Of a stretch of 64,000 nt of DNA, positions 1-9,585 are shown in pieces. Under the pieces are notes generated by a model. The model had not been told where the DNA came from and did not search any database. It was given only the letters and a program-made list of their open reading frames with translations. Origin of the DNA: a virus; the IMG/VR virus record IMGVR_UViG_3300027706_000002, positions 2,372 through 66,371 of that record; one strand, 5' to 3'. The position numbers and the translations under genes were made by a program. Within the stretch, counting starts at the first letter, position 1. Each line of letters opens with the position of its first letter.

Positions 1-1524
1 CGGATCCAACCCAGTCCTCAGCAGGCTGCTATCTGGTGTGAGCTGGAGAAGAGCCGAGGAGCCAAGGACGTAGCCTTCGTGGCGTTCAATCGTTCCATCG
101 CCGACGAGCTCGCCGAGCGAGTACCCCCGGGTTGTGAGGCGATGACTATGCACTCGCTCGGTTATCGGGCTGTCCGCAAGGTCTACCCCAATCTCAATAC
201 GGATAAGTACCGAGTGTACAACCTGATCGCTAGGATTCTCGGACAGGATCTCCGCGAGCTCCGCCGCGAGCGTCTCCCTCTTCTCCAAGCGACGAAGGAG
301 CTCGTGGGAAAGTGTAAGATGAACTTGACGGGGTTCATCGAGGGGAAGTTGTTGGATCCGGAGGACGAGTTTTGGGACGAGCGTCTGAACGACCTTCTGA
401 TCCACTACGACCTCGATCTGGAAGAGGTTAACGTCGGGGAACTGTTGACCCTGACTCCGAAGGTGTTACACGCCTGTAAGGATTTTACAGCTGACGGGCA
501 GGTGGATTTCGACGATCAGATCTGGCTCCCCGTGGTCCTGGGATTACCTTTGGTGAAGGTCTACGATCTTCTCCTGGTGGACGAAGCGCAGGATCTGAAC
601 CGTTGTCAACAAGCTCTGGCGAAACGGGCCGGAAGGCGATTGATCCTCTGCGGAGATCCACAACAGGCGATCTACGGTTTCGCCGGAGCCGATTCGGAGT
701 CGATGCCTCGCATGACCGAGGAACTGAGCTTGACTCCACAGGGCTGTGTGACGCTGCCTTTGACGATGACTCGCCGTTGTGGAAAGGCCATCGTACAAGA
801 GGCGCAGGTCTTTGTCCCCACCTTTACCGCTCACGAGAGTAATCCTGCCGGTCAGATCCGTCGGGCTCTCTACCCGATCCAAGGCACTCGTAAGGAGCGT
901 CGAGAGATTCCCCTCGAAGAAAGCTACCAGAAGGAAGTCCAGGAAGGCGATATGCTCTTGTGTAGGGTCAACGCTCCGCTCGTCCGCCAGTGTTTCGCCT
1001 TTTTGCGGAGAGGTCGGAGGGCTAATATCTTGGGTCGGGATGTGGGAACGGGGTTGGTGAGCTTGGTGAAACGTTTGAGTGGTTGGGGAGATACCCCCGC
1101 ACAACAAGAAGAAGCTCGCTCTGTTCCGATCGCTACCTTCCTCCGGGATCTTCATGACTGGGAACACCATGAGATCTCCAAGGAACAAGCGCAACGCAAC
1201 CCCTCTGAGTCGAAGCTCGTTCTGATTGCGGATAAAGCACTGTGTCTACAGTGTTTCGCAGACCAATCGAAAACCGTCGGCGAGATGCTGGATAAGATCA
1301 ACGCGGTGTTCACTGACGATCCGACGAAGCCCGGGATTCGACTCAGTTCCATACACAAAGCGAAAGGCCTGGAGGCGAAACGAGTCTTTCTCCTCCGCCC
1401 TGTTGCCGAGGGAGCGACGATTCCGCACCCAATGGCAAAGACCGAATGGCAGCGGAAGCAAGAATACAACCTCTTGTACGTGGCCGTGACTCGAGCGATC
1501 GAAGAGCTCGTCTACGTGGACTGA
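1..1524 (+). CDS. UvrD/Rep-like SF1 helicase, 5'-truncated by the window
   Basis: Frame is open from base 1. Motifs: VAFN (Ia), TMHS, LLVDEAQD (II), GDPQQAIYGFAGA (III), TRRC (IV), SIHKAKGLE (V), LYVAVTRA (VI). Walker A lies upstream of the window. Confidence 0.92.
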   Translation, partial: RIQPSPQQAAIWCELEKSRGAKDVAFVAFNRSIADELAERVPPGCEAMTMHSLGYRAVRKVYPNLNTDKYRVYNLIARILGQDLRELRRERLPLLQATKELVGKCKMNLTGFIEGKLLDPEDEFWDERLNDLLIHYDLDLEEVNVGELLTLTPKVLHACKDFTADGQVDFDDQIWLPVVLGLPLVKVYDLLLVDEAQDLNRCQQALAKRAGRRLILCGDPQQAIYGFAGADSESMPRMTEELSLTPQGCVTLPLTMTRRCGKAIVQEAQVFVPTFTAHESNPAGQIRRALYPIQGTRKERREIPLEESYQKEVQEGDMLLCRVNAPLVRQCFAFLRRGRRANILGRDVGTGLVSLVKRLSGWGDTPAQQEEARSVPIATFLRDLHDWEHHEISKEQAQRNPSESKLVLIADKALCLQCFADQSKTVGEMLDKINAVFTDDPTKPGIRLSSIHKAKGLEAKRVFLLRPVAEGATIPHPMAKTEWQRKQEYNLLYVAVTRAIEELVYVD

Positions 1525-1559
1525 GCTTTCGAAGAACCCATTACCGCAAGGAGAAAACC

Positions 1560-1877
1560 ATGAGTTCCAAGACAAAGAAACAAAAACTGCTGAGTCCTTA
1601 TGAGAAAGTACAGGAGAAGCGGCGTCTCGATCGGGAGCGTTGGGAGAAGATCCGTCAGATTGCTCTCGAGCAGGGATTTGCGCTTATCCAAATTTCCCCC
1701 CGTCGTTACTTGGTTGCTAAGCTCGATACCGTTAGTGCTGGTCGCTACTCGGTCGTTCCTCACGGTGGCTTTTGGACCTACTTAGGAGCGACGGTTGTCT
1801 GTGGACCTACGACGTGGGAAGAATGCCGGCGTTGGATCGCTGAGAACAGCGAACCCTTACCTGAGGAGCTTCAATAA
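1560..1877 (+). CDS. hypothetical protein
   Basis: AAGGAG RBS before ATG 1560; last gene of the plus-strand unit. Confidence 0.7.
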   Translation: MSSKTKKQKLLSPYEKVQEKRRLDRERWEKIRQIALEQGFALIQISPRRYLVAKLDTVSAGRYSVVPHGGFWTYLGATVVCGPTTWEECRRWIAENSEPLPEELQ

Positions 1878-1924
1878 CATGTTAGGTCTGTCCCCCTATC
1901 TCGATCGGATCTTCGGAGATTAGA

Positions 1925-1992
1925 GAGAGAAAAGACCCCACCCTTGGTTGCGAACGCCGGAAAGGAGCAAAAAACCGGCCCAAGGGTGGGGT
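1925..1992 (-). terminator. probable intrinsic terminator between convergent transcription units
   Basis: 13-bp inverted repeat ACCCCACCCTTGG (1935-1947)/CCAAGGGTGGGGT (1980-1992) with inner GCCGG/CCGGC stem, followed by CTTTTCTCTC on the minus strand. Confidence 0.6.
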
Positions 1993-1997
1993 GTACT

Positions 1998-2735
1998 CTA
2001 GAGTTTTTCCTGCCGAAAGCGTTCCGGTCCGGCCTTTCCTCGCCTTCCTTTCCAGATCTCAACCATCTTCTTTCGCCGTTCTTGAGCTTCTTCGGGCTGT
2101 GATCCGTCTCGGCGAATTGTCGCTCGTCCGCACCAGTTTTCTCCGGCCGGGCCCAAGTGTAACACTTCGAAAGGCGGACGGATCTTCTGCGCAGAAGGCC
2201 AACGGAATTGGAAAAAGGAATCGGCTCCGCCCGCGTGTTTCCAATCCACTTCGTGCCAAGGAGGTGGTCCCAGGTGGGGATCTGCGGGATGAAAGATCTG
2301 TGAGTATCCTGCCCACTCGGCGATATTCGGGTGGATCGGATAATTCTTCCATTGTGATTCTTCAGGTATAGGTTGGAGAACGTCCTCGAACATCCTCCGT
2401 AGCGGGGTATAGAGGCAACCGATCTCCTTCGGGTATTCCGGGATCTTCCGCGGCCACAAAACATCCGCATCCATCAGGCACATCCAATCGTCGAGTTGCC
2501 GATACTCCATCTTGTCCAAGGCTTCCTCCAGAGCGAGCCACTTATTGAATATCGCTCCGTCGCGGTAGAAGGCATCGGTCACATAGAAATCGCATTGCGA
2601 ATAATACGCCAGATCTATCGTCCGGTGGTCCTGAGGAGCGGTTACAATCAGGATACGGTTGAAGTGGTGCCGGTTATAGGGAAGAGTTACCTCAAGAAGA
2701 TCAGCATAGTCTACACAAACGAGTACCGCGTTCAT
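1998..2735 (-). CDS. GT-A fold glycosyltransferase
   Basis: VCVDY..L N-terminus, FNK, MDADV (DxD); aligns by eye with 23184-24035. Start moved to the ATG of MNAVLV. Confidence 0.7.
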   Translation of the reverse strand: MNAVLVCVDYADLLEVTLPYNRHHFNRILIVTAPQDHRTIDLAYYSQCDFYVTDAFYRDGAIFNKWLALEEALDKMEYRQLDDWMCLMDADVLWPRKIPEYPKEIGCLYTPLRRMFEDVLQPIPEESQWKNYPIHPNIAEWAGYSQIFHPADPHLGPPPWHEVDWKHAGGADSFFQFRWPSAQKIRPPFEVLHLGPAGENWCGRATIRRDGSQPEEAQERRKKMVEIWKGRRGKAGPERFRQEKL

Positions 2736-2938
2736 GGGATCGATTTGCCTCGATTTTGGTTTCGGAGGGAGAATCCCCCACACGAGCCCGAATCCGGACC
2801 AAATACGGGCGTGCAGAATACCTAACTTGTGTAGGGTACAGAGTTTACGAGTTTTATAGTCCGCTATCGTAACTTATGTCTATTCCAATAGTTACGTCGA
2901 TTATCGAAAAACGGAACGTTAACGAAGCACCTTTTAGG

Positions 2939-3631
2939 CTAGAGGTAGATAATTCCTACCCCGCAGCTGCGGCCTTGCCAGTGGTAAAGCCATTGATCAT
3001 AGGAGTTACGGATACCGTTCCTTTCGACCTCCTTCCATTCTTCCGTTTCGAGGATCTGTTGAGTTCGGTAGCCTCGATTCTTGAGCACTCGGAAGGCTTC
3101 TCCGGGAATTGGATCCTGGATGTCGTGTAGGAAGGCGATGGATCCGGGTCGTAGTAGGGGACGGTAGAAATCGAAGTCCCGCTGGAAAGCTGTTTTGTCT
3201 CCGTCCAAAAAGAGAACGTCGAGCGCATCCCCCTCGAGAAACTTTACCACCTTGGGGTAGTTACCTATCTCGTAGCTCGATCCGGGAATCCAAAAGAATT
3301 GGATCTGCGGAAAGGCTTTCTCGAATTCCTCAGCGTAGGGAGTACCCTTTATCTCGATAGAGATGACCTTGCGAAGCGTCGGCAGCCCCTTGCACCAATG
3401 GTATAGACCTCCACCCTTATCGGAACCGATATCGAGAAGCGTGCGCGGCCGGACCTTGCGGGCTGCTTGTAGCATTGTCCGAAGCTCTTGTTTCCTTTGG
3501 AGAGGGAAGAAGTATCCGGTTTCGAAGACTTCGGGGTAGAGATCCCACCCTGCGGGCCGGCTACTATCGTCTCGAAAGAACCGTTGAATCTCTTCTAGCA
3601 TTCCTTCCGGAAATTTCTCTTCACTCATCAC
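2939..3631 (-). CDS. class I SAM methyltransferase (Methyltransf_24-like)
   Basis: LDIGSDKGG, DVLFLDGD, LRPGSIAFLHDI motifs. Confidence 0.8.
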   Translation of the reverse strand: MMSEEKFPEGMLEEIQRFFRDDSSRPAGWDLYPEVFETGYFFPLQRKQELRTMLQAARKVRPRTLLDIGSDKGGGLYHWCKGLPTLRKVISIEIKGTPYAEEFEKAFPQIQFFWIPGSSYEIGNYPKVVKFLEGDALDVLFLDGDKTAFQRDFDFYRPLLRPGSIAFLHDIQDPIPGEAFRVLKNRGYRTQQILETEEWKEVERNGIRNSYDQWLYHWQGRSCGVGIIYL

Positions 3632-4209
3632 TTCTCCAGATAAAAGGACCAGGGGCTCCCGTCCAACTCCACGACCAGGTGAATCGGTCTACCGCCGATC
3701 TCGCGGGCAAATTCGAAGAGTACGGGTTGTAGATATCTTCCCCAACCGCCGAGATGTTCTCCGGGACAGACGATATCATGTCCTCCCAGGATGCCTCCGG
3801 GACGCAGTTTCCGCCACCACAGGCGGAGATCCTGGAGGAAGTATTCGGGTTGGTGATTTCCGTCGATGTAAACGAAATCAATCGACTGGGGAGCGAAGAG
3901 GTTGTGAGCTTCTTGGCTCGTGAGTTTAAGGATTCGAGCCTTATTCTCGAGACGTTGACGAGCGACGGCTTCATCCTCTTGTCGGTTTTTGTGACTAGTT
4001 GGATCTTCAGGATCGTATCCCGATAACCATGGATCGACGCAGTGGAGAGTACCTTCCGTCCATTGTTCAAGGAAACGGAGGGCGAAAAGACCTTGATCGG
4101 TTCCAATTTCGACGGCGGTTTCTTTCAAGCCCCTTTGGATAAGGAAGGAGCCGAAGTTGTGACGTTCGATAAAGGGAGCCTGGTGTAGAAGGAGGTTATT
4201 TCTTTGCAT
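3628..4209 (-). CDS. class I SAM methyltransferase (Methyltransf_24-like)
   Basis: VEIGTDQG, CVDPW, DFVYIDGNH, LRPGGILGGHD motifs. Confidence 0.88.
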   Translation of the reverse strand: MQRNNLLLHQAPFIERHNFGSFLIQRGLKETAVEIGTDQGLFALRFLEQWTEGTLHCVDPWLSGYDPEDPTSHKNRQEDEAVARQRLENKARILKLTSQEAHNLFAPQSIDFVYIDGNHQPEYFLQDLRLWWRKLRPGGILGGHDIVCPGEHLGGWGRYLQPVLFEFAREIGGRPIHLVVELDGSPWSFYLEK

Positions 4210-5149
4210 TGCCGAGATAGTCCGTGGTACGTTGGATTTTGCCGAGACCTAATTGAACGAGATCGGTAACAACCTGGACGGGGCGATGGCGACGTTTAGG
4301 GCGAAAGATGGAGGCGTGGGTAGCAGAAGTCTGTTCGATACCTTCTTCAGCCATCGCGAGTTCGCCATAACCCTTTAGAGGTACGCCGCACTCGTGGCAG
4401 TGTTTGCGAACCTGGGAGGCGAAGGCGGACATCCCCAATTTCCACCAAGGTAATCCGAAGAAGAGAAGAGTGGGATCGATCCCTGTATCGGGGTAGTCGG
4501 GGTCGTCTTGATGGAGAATACTTTGCGCTCCCGCGACCTCGCAGAACCAGGCTCGTAGTTGACCGCGAAAGACTCCGATCATTGCTGACCAGTGTTGGTT
4601 AATATCACAGCGGCTGATAAGTTCCCAGCGTTGTCCTTCGTCGGCGATAATGTCTCGCATCGCGAGATGAACGGGACTGTGTCGGGAATCTCGCTCTAAA
4701 CCGACCGGATGGCACTCCGGCCAATCCCTTTTGAATTCGTCGTAGGCTGCGCGATCGAGATGAACGTTGAGGTTACTGACTGCAGGATTGAAAGTCTCCT
4801 GCATAATCTTTCCCTTGCCGACAGGGTGATTACACCATAAACCCCGTTGCTCGTAAGGTATATGCCGACGGAGGATCTCACACAACGAGGAAAATTGCGG
4901 ATGAAGAGCGGGATTACCGCCGAAGATCCCTACGACACCGAAGTAGTCTCGTAGAGATAGTACCGCTGCTTCGAAGTGTTCGGGAGAAATAAATTCGGTT
5001 CGTCCCGCGAGGTTGGAACCCTGTGTGCAGCCAAAACAGGCCTTATCGCAGGCTCTCGTGATATGGATCTGGATAACCCCTTCTCGGTATTTACCAGGTC
5101 TTCTCGTCCCCGGAGCGACCATCCTTTCGAGGGCCTCTCGTTCCGTCAT
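4196..5149 (-). CDS. radical SAM protein
   Basis: CDKACFGC (CxxxCxxC) and FGGNPALHP; additional C-terminal cysteines (FCE, CHEC). Confidence 0.85.
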   Translation of the reverse strand: MTEREALERMVAPGTRRPGKYREGVIQIHITRACDKACFGCTQGSNLAGRTEFISPEHFEAAVLSLRDYFGVVGIFGGNPALHPQFSSLCEILRRHIPYEQRGLWCNHPVGKGKIMQETFNPAVSNLNVHLDRAAYDEFKRDWPECHPVGLERDSRHSPVHLAMRDIIADEGQRWELISRCDINQHWSAMIGVFRGQLRAWFCEVAGAQSILHQDDPDYPDTGIDPTLLFFGLPWWKLGMSAFASQVRKHCHECGVPLKGYGELAMAEEGIEQTSATHASIFRPKRRHRPVQVVTDLVQLGLGKIQRTTDYLGNAKK

Positions 5150-6225
5150 GATTGGCTCCTTTCGTTATAGCGGCAACGCAACGCTTCGATATCGCGGGCG
5201 AGAATCGTTCCGAGATGATGATAGTCGTAGTAGCTAGTTGCCCGAAGAGCGAAATGGCGTTGTCGTTGTGGATCGTAGCTGGCTTCGAGGCGACTCAGGA
5301 GATCGGCGATTTGCTCGGTGGGTGTCTCAGGATGTATTCGTACAAGGTTGTCGTCGATTTCCGGGAGGACTTCGTCCCCGGGAAGATCAGTGAGAACGAT
5401 ACAACCTGCGGCGGTAGCTTCGATAATCTTACGAAGGGCATAACCGAATCGGGAGGCAGTACAGATCGCTACACGATGTCGACTTAATTGTTCAAGATAT
5501 TGTGGAGTGTGACAACCATTTTGATGGTAGCCGGGGTGGTGAAGAACAGTACAGTTCGGTAGCCGGTTTGCATCTCGGAAGAGGCGTTGGCGAAGCGGAT
5601 AGGCATTCGATACCGCCCCGGAAAGAAAACAACCGGCACGACCTTCGCTACGATAGGTGGGAACGTGTACAGGATCGAGACTGTGGTAGGTCCGAATGCA
5701 GTGCTCTTCACGGATATAGGGTGCCAAGTGTTTTACGATACGGGGGTGGTAGTAGATAATCCAGGCGTGACAACCGATTTCTTGAGCAGACTCGGCGTGG
5801 TAGTGGGGCCTTTGTTGCGAGTCTTTGAGGATTGTGAGCTTGAAGCGTTCTTTGTCTTGAGCGAGGCAGTCAATACGGTTGAAGCGGGCTCGACGATCGC
5901 GGAAGTCCCGTGGTTGCGCGTCCCACTCTCGTTTATCCTGGACGACGATAACTCCGGGGTTGAGGTGGCGGACGATTCGTCCTACGTCGGTCTCGTTGCG
6001 AGGTAGGCCGTAGCCCACGAGAAGATAGCCCGCGTGTTCGAGAGCGAGGGCTATTTGCCAACCTTCGTCGGTGGTATGCTTTTGCATCGAGGAAACGGCG
6101 AGCATCACCCTATGCCGATTCTCCTCGGGCGGAGGGGTGTAAGGCGGAGCTTCTAATCGACCGGGAGATAGTTGCTCTCGGGGACCAATTCCGGCGATGA
6201 CTTCTGCGATAGAAATCGGACGCAC
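5146..6225 (-). CDS. GT-B glycosyltransferase (CgeB/Glyco_trans_1_2-like)
   Basis: YPLR, HPGY, Y..QL, RKIIEATAAGC C-terminal motifs; GTG start at 6225 after GGAGG. Confidence 0.7.
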   Translation of the reverse strand: MRPISIAEVIAGIGPREQLSPGRLEAPPYTPPPEENRHRVMLAVSSMQKHTTDEGWQIALALEHAGYLLVGYGLPRNETDVGRIVRHLNPGVIVVQDKREWDAQPRDFRDRRARFNRIDCLAQDKERFKLTILKDSQQRPHYHAESAQEIGCHAWIIYYHPRIVKHLAPYIREEHCIRTYHSLDPVHVPTYRSEGRAGCFLSGAVSNAYPLRQRLFRDANRLPNCTVLHHPGYHQNGCHTPQYLEQLSRHRVAICTASRFGYALRKIIEATAAGCIVLTDLPGDEVLPEIDDNLVRIHPETPTEQIADLLSRLEASYDPQRQRHFALRATSYYDYHHLGTILARDIEALRCRYNERSQS

Positions 6226-7028
6226 TAGAGCACCTCCCTTCCGCGATCGACGGTTAGATTGCGCGTGTAGGCTGCTTGGAGAATGTGAGGATCTTGCCCA
6301 GCTTCCAGGAGGAGTCGGATCGCCTGTTGAAGATCTTTGGGAAGGCAAGCTCCACCGAAACCATAACGTCCGTCCGGTCCGGGGACTCTCGTGTGGAAAG
6401 GACTGACCCGACCGTCGGTAAGAATCCCAGACAGAACTAGATTCCAGTCGAGTCCTTTCTTTTCGCAGAACGCTTGTATTTCGTTGAAAAAAGCTACCTT
6501 GGTGGCGAAGAAAGCGTTAAGAAAAAGTTTCACCGCCTCACTCTCATCGGAGGTCATCCAGAGTAAAGCGACTCCTGGAAAGCGTTGTTTGAGTAGGTGG
6601 GCCAAACGATAACCAGTTTCGTTTTCTTGAGGAAGGTCGTTACCTGGGAGACCGATAATATTTCGACTCGGAATCTGTGCGTCGATTTCTGCGCAACGAG
6701 CGGTTAGAAATTCGGGACAATGGACGACGTTGCGGAGACCGTGGATCTCGTAAAGTTTGCGGGTGAGTCCGACGGGGCAGCTTGATTTAATGACAAAGTG
6801 GTTTTGCCGTTCGTTGTCGGGGATGTCCCGGAAGAAACCTTCTAACTCTCCCTCGGGGATACAGATAAAAACGAGATGACTGAGTAAAACTTCCTCGATC
6901 TCGTGTGTACGTCGTTCCTCCATCTTATCGTAAATACGGATCTCTTGAACGTGTTCGATCCAAGCTCTCGCTGTAGCTCGGCCGACCACTCCTCCTCCAA
7001 CGATTCCGAGACGGACTCGGTCTTTCAT
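6225..7028 (-). CDS. UDP-glucose/GDP-mannose dehydrogenase family (short, lacks C-terminal domain)
   Basis: GGGVVG Rossmann motif, IKSS, CPEFL, K.FLN, FGGACLPKD catalytic motif. Confidence 0.9.
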   Translation of the reverse strand: MKDRVRLGIVGGGVVGRATARAWIEHVQEIRIYDKMEERRTHEIEEVLLSHLVFICIPEGELEGFFRDIPDNERQNHFVIKSSCPVGLTRKLYEIHGLRNVVHCPEFLTARCAEIDAQIPSRNIIGLPGNDLPQENETGYRLAHLLKQRFPGVALLWMTSDESEAVKLFLNAFFATKVAFFNEIQAFCEKKGLDWNLVLSGILTDGRVSPFHTRVPGPDGRYGFGGACLPKDLQQAIRLLLEAGQDPHILQAAYTRNLTVDRGREVL

Positions 7029-7255
7029 TCTTGCTCCTTCGACTCTGCTGGATCCTGTCCGAGAATACGTCGCAAGTATTCTCGGGCTCCTTGAACCTTA
7101 CCTTGGACAACACGACGAGCCCAAAAATCAAGAGCGTTAAGTCGCTCGCGACGTCCCTTACAACCACATTCCTTCCCCAAGAGTTTCTGGACTCGCTCCT
7201 CCGTAACGCCTACCGTTTCCAAGGCTTTCTTGACTAAGTCTCCGAGGGGTTGCAT
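7025..7255 (-). CDS. small hypothetical protein with CGC motif
   Basis: LGD.V...CGC..RRE.LN pattern; overlaps both neighbours. Confidence 0.6.
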   Translation of the reverse strand: MQPLGDLVKKALETVGVTEERVQKLLGKECGCKGRRERLNALDFWARRVVQGKVQGAREYLRRILGQDPAESKEQE

Positions 7256-7956
7256 GTCTGTCCGGTTTCCTGTAAAAATCGGAGAGCGTCGTAACCTTCT
7301 CCGCGAAAATTGGGAGCTTGTGGATGCGGACGATTGCCCATCGAGCTAGTTAAGCCTACGTGTTGGACGAGACTGGGCGAGTGCACATATTCCTTACCGC
7401 CTGCTAGGTTGAAAGCGGTGACGATACCGCCGTCAATACTTCTCCAACCTCGATCCGGATCGGCCGCACGGTCCCATAGATGATTCGAACCGAGCAGGGT
7501 CAAAACACCCGCTCGATCGAAAACAAGGGCTACCGCTCCTCGACCCCTTTGGTTCGATTCGTACCAACCGACACGACCTTGGGCTAGTTTCTCATTAGCC
7601 GGGAAGGTGTAAAGATTGAAATAACCTCCCTTGGGATAGGGAGTACGTTCGAGATACTCGCGAAGATTGCGATAGGTCACGAGATCGTCCTGGAAGATGG
7701 CATAACGTTCTGCTGTAGGCTGACGAAGATAGATCTCGGCCAGAGCCAGGGTCCAGTTGGCAGCAGTTCGTATCTTCGGCCAGTGATTCGTTACTTCGAG
7801 CTCGTAACGATAGTCTTCTGTGACCGATCGCGAAGAACAATCGTCAACGAAGATCCAAGGCTTATCGAAGCCGGCTCTTGCCAGACTCGTAAGAGTTCTG
7901 GGAAAAAGGTCGTCCTTGCGAGAAGGTACAGTAGTAATACCGTAAGACCATTGCAT
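7234..7956 (-). CDS. GT-A glycosyltransferase (GT2/GT25-like)
   Basis: GITTVP.R, IFQDD, PSLVQHVG..S motifs. Confidence 0.75.
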   Translation of the reverse strand: MQWSYGITTVPSRKDDLFPRTLTSLARAGFDKPWIFVDDCSSRSVTEDYRYELEVTNHWPKIRTAANWTLALAEIYLRQPTAERYAIFQDDLVTYRNLREYLERTPYPKGGYFNLYTFPANEKLAQGRVGWYESNQRGRGAVALVFDRAGVLTLLGSNHLWDRAADPDRGWRSIDGGIVTAFNLAGGKEYVHSPSLVQHVGLTSSMGNRPHPQAPNFRGEGYDALRFLQETGQTCNPSET

Positions 7957-8798
7957 TAGTGGTTAAATTCCTCAATCGACCACACGGTGTGACCTTCGGC
8001 GGCCAAGGTGTTGCCTACGAGAAGGTTCAGAGGTCCGCCACTATTCTGATAAACGTAAACAGTGAGGAGATTCGTAGCAGCTAAAGGAGATATAAAAGAG
8101 CAATTATGTGCGGTGTAGGTGCCGTTTACCGCATTAACCGTATTGTCGGCTAGTACGAATCCTGTATCTTCGTAAACCTGTATCTGTCGATAGCCAGTTG
8201 CGTTACTCTCCCAAAGGGCTTGCATAGTGAAGAAATAATAACCGAAAAACGGAATGTGGATCGTACTGCTTAGAGCGGAGGGTATGTAGTTATCTGTATC
8301 ATAGTTTTGCGCACTCAAGGGCCATTGGATTGGGGTGAGGGTATTATTAGGGATAGATACGTCAAGAGCGAGACCGTAGGAGGCTCTGGAGTAACGGAGA
8401 GTAGAACTTCCTCCAACAGCCGTAGGCACCGCCCACCAGGTTCCATACTTATCTCGAGTGACAAGAATCCAGCTGTGGCCGGGAATCGCCGAACCGAGAT
8501 TGTGAACCGTTTTGCTAAACTTTTGCGGGAGGAGATCGCAGGTGGTCGTTGGGTTAAGGAAACGATAGATCTCGCAAACAGCTGAACCGGGGCAGTTCCC
8601 GGAACCTGTACCTGTTCCTTCGAAGTTGATCGCCGGAATCCCCCCGGAAGGAGTAAGAGCCGCGTAGACTTCGGGAGCGGTGTTATCTGTCGTAGGAATC
8701 GCCGGACGACGCTGCGTGTTGAGAATGCGCCTATGTTCCGCACGCACGGTCTCCAGAAGAGCCTTTTTCTGCCCGGGAGTAAAGCCGTGGTTTTGCAT
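7956..8798 (-). CDS. tail-associated protein with C-terminal beta-rich (C1q-like) domain
   Basis: Last of the post-TMP genes; G.Y.F...W and V.VYQNSG pattern. Confidence 0.5.
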   Translation of the reverse strand: MQNHGFTPGQKKALLETVRAEHRRILNTQRRPAIPTTDNTAPEVYAALTPSGGIPAINFEGTGTGSGNCPGSAVCEIYRFLNPTTTCDLLPQKFSKTVHNLGSAIPGHSWILVTRDKYGTWWAVPTAVGGSSTLRYSRASYGLALDVSIPNNTLTPIQWPLSAQNYDTDNYIPSALSSTIHIPFFGYYFFTMQALWESNATGYRQIQVYEDTGFVLADNTVNAVNGTYTAHNCSFISPLAATNLLTVYVYQNSGGPLNLLVGNTLAAEGHTVWSIEEFNH

Positions 8799-9166
8799 TA
8801 GCTAGGCACCGCCAAGAGGGAGATCTTCGTCGGCCCGCCGAGAGAACGTAGTTGTAACGGTCCCGCCGGACGAAAGCGAACGGAACGGCCCGGATCGATG
8901 AGAGCGAAAGGTACAATCCCACAACAGAGAAGGACGGTGTGATCCTTGCCCTCGTTGCGTATACAAAGCATCGAAGGATGCGGGACCCAACCGAGATCGA
9001 GATCCAATAGCTCCGTTCCTAAGGCAATCCGGTTACGAGCGTAAGGCTCTTCTCCGCTGTGTAACCAGTACCCGAAACGACTCTCCCAGGATACCGGTTC
9101 ACCTTCCGGAGACTGGTGGTAGGTTTGTTCAATTACGCCAGCACGACACTTAGGGGAAGCAGACAT
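8798..9166 (-). CDS. hypothetical tail-region protein
   Basis: Translationally coupled within the late operon. Confidence 0.6.
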   Translation of the reverse strand: MSASPKCRAGVIEQTYHQSPEGEPVSWESRFGYWLHSGEEPYARNRIALGTELLDLDLGWVPHPSMLCIRNEGKDHTVLLCCGIVPFALIDPGRSVRFRPAGPLQLRSLGGPTKISLLAVPS

Positions 9167-9573
9167 TAGTAGTCGAAAGCCTCCACGAGAACGTTAGCAG
9201 TAGCGTGCGCCGCCTTGATGCGCATCGTACCCATCGCGGGGTCGATACGGAAGACCGATTCTTCTCCAGGAAAGAGCCAAGCGAAGTTGATCAAGACCCC
9301 GCCGGATTTCGGACCGTATTGTATGTAGTTGTTATTAATCGAACCGGTGCCGACCGTACTTTCGTTTTCCAAATTCATAATACGGCACCAACCACCTTGC
9401 TGGTGGAGTTGTGATAGATTGACGTCCACTCCCGAGGTCGTTACCTGAAGAGCTCCGGGAGTAGGACCGAGGCTCCCTTGCATATCCGCCGTAACCGTTT
9501 GTGGTTGCGACTGATACTGGAGTTGCCCCTTTTTGATTTGTAATCCCGTGGTAATTCGGACTTCGTTGGCCAT
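9166..9573 (-). CDS. hypothetical virion protein
   Basis: AAGGAG RBS; beta-rich sequence; operon position. Confidence 0.6.
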   Translation of the reverse strand: MANEVRITTGLQIKKGQLQYQSQPQTVTADMQGSLGPTPGALQVTTSGVDVNLSQLHQQGGWCRIMNLENESTVGTGSINNNYIQYGPKSGGVLINFAWLFPGEESVFRIDPAMGTMRIKAAHATANVLVEAFDY

Positions 9574-9585
9574 CGGCGAAACTCC

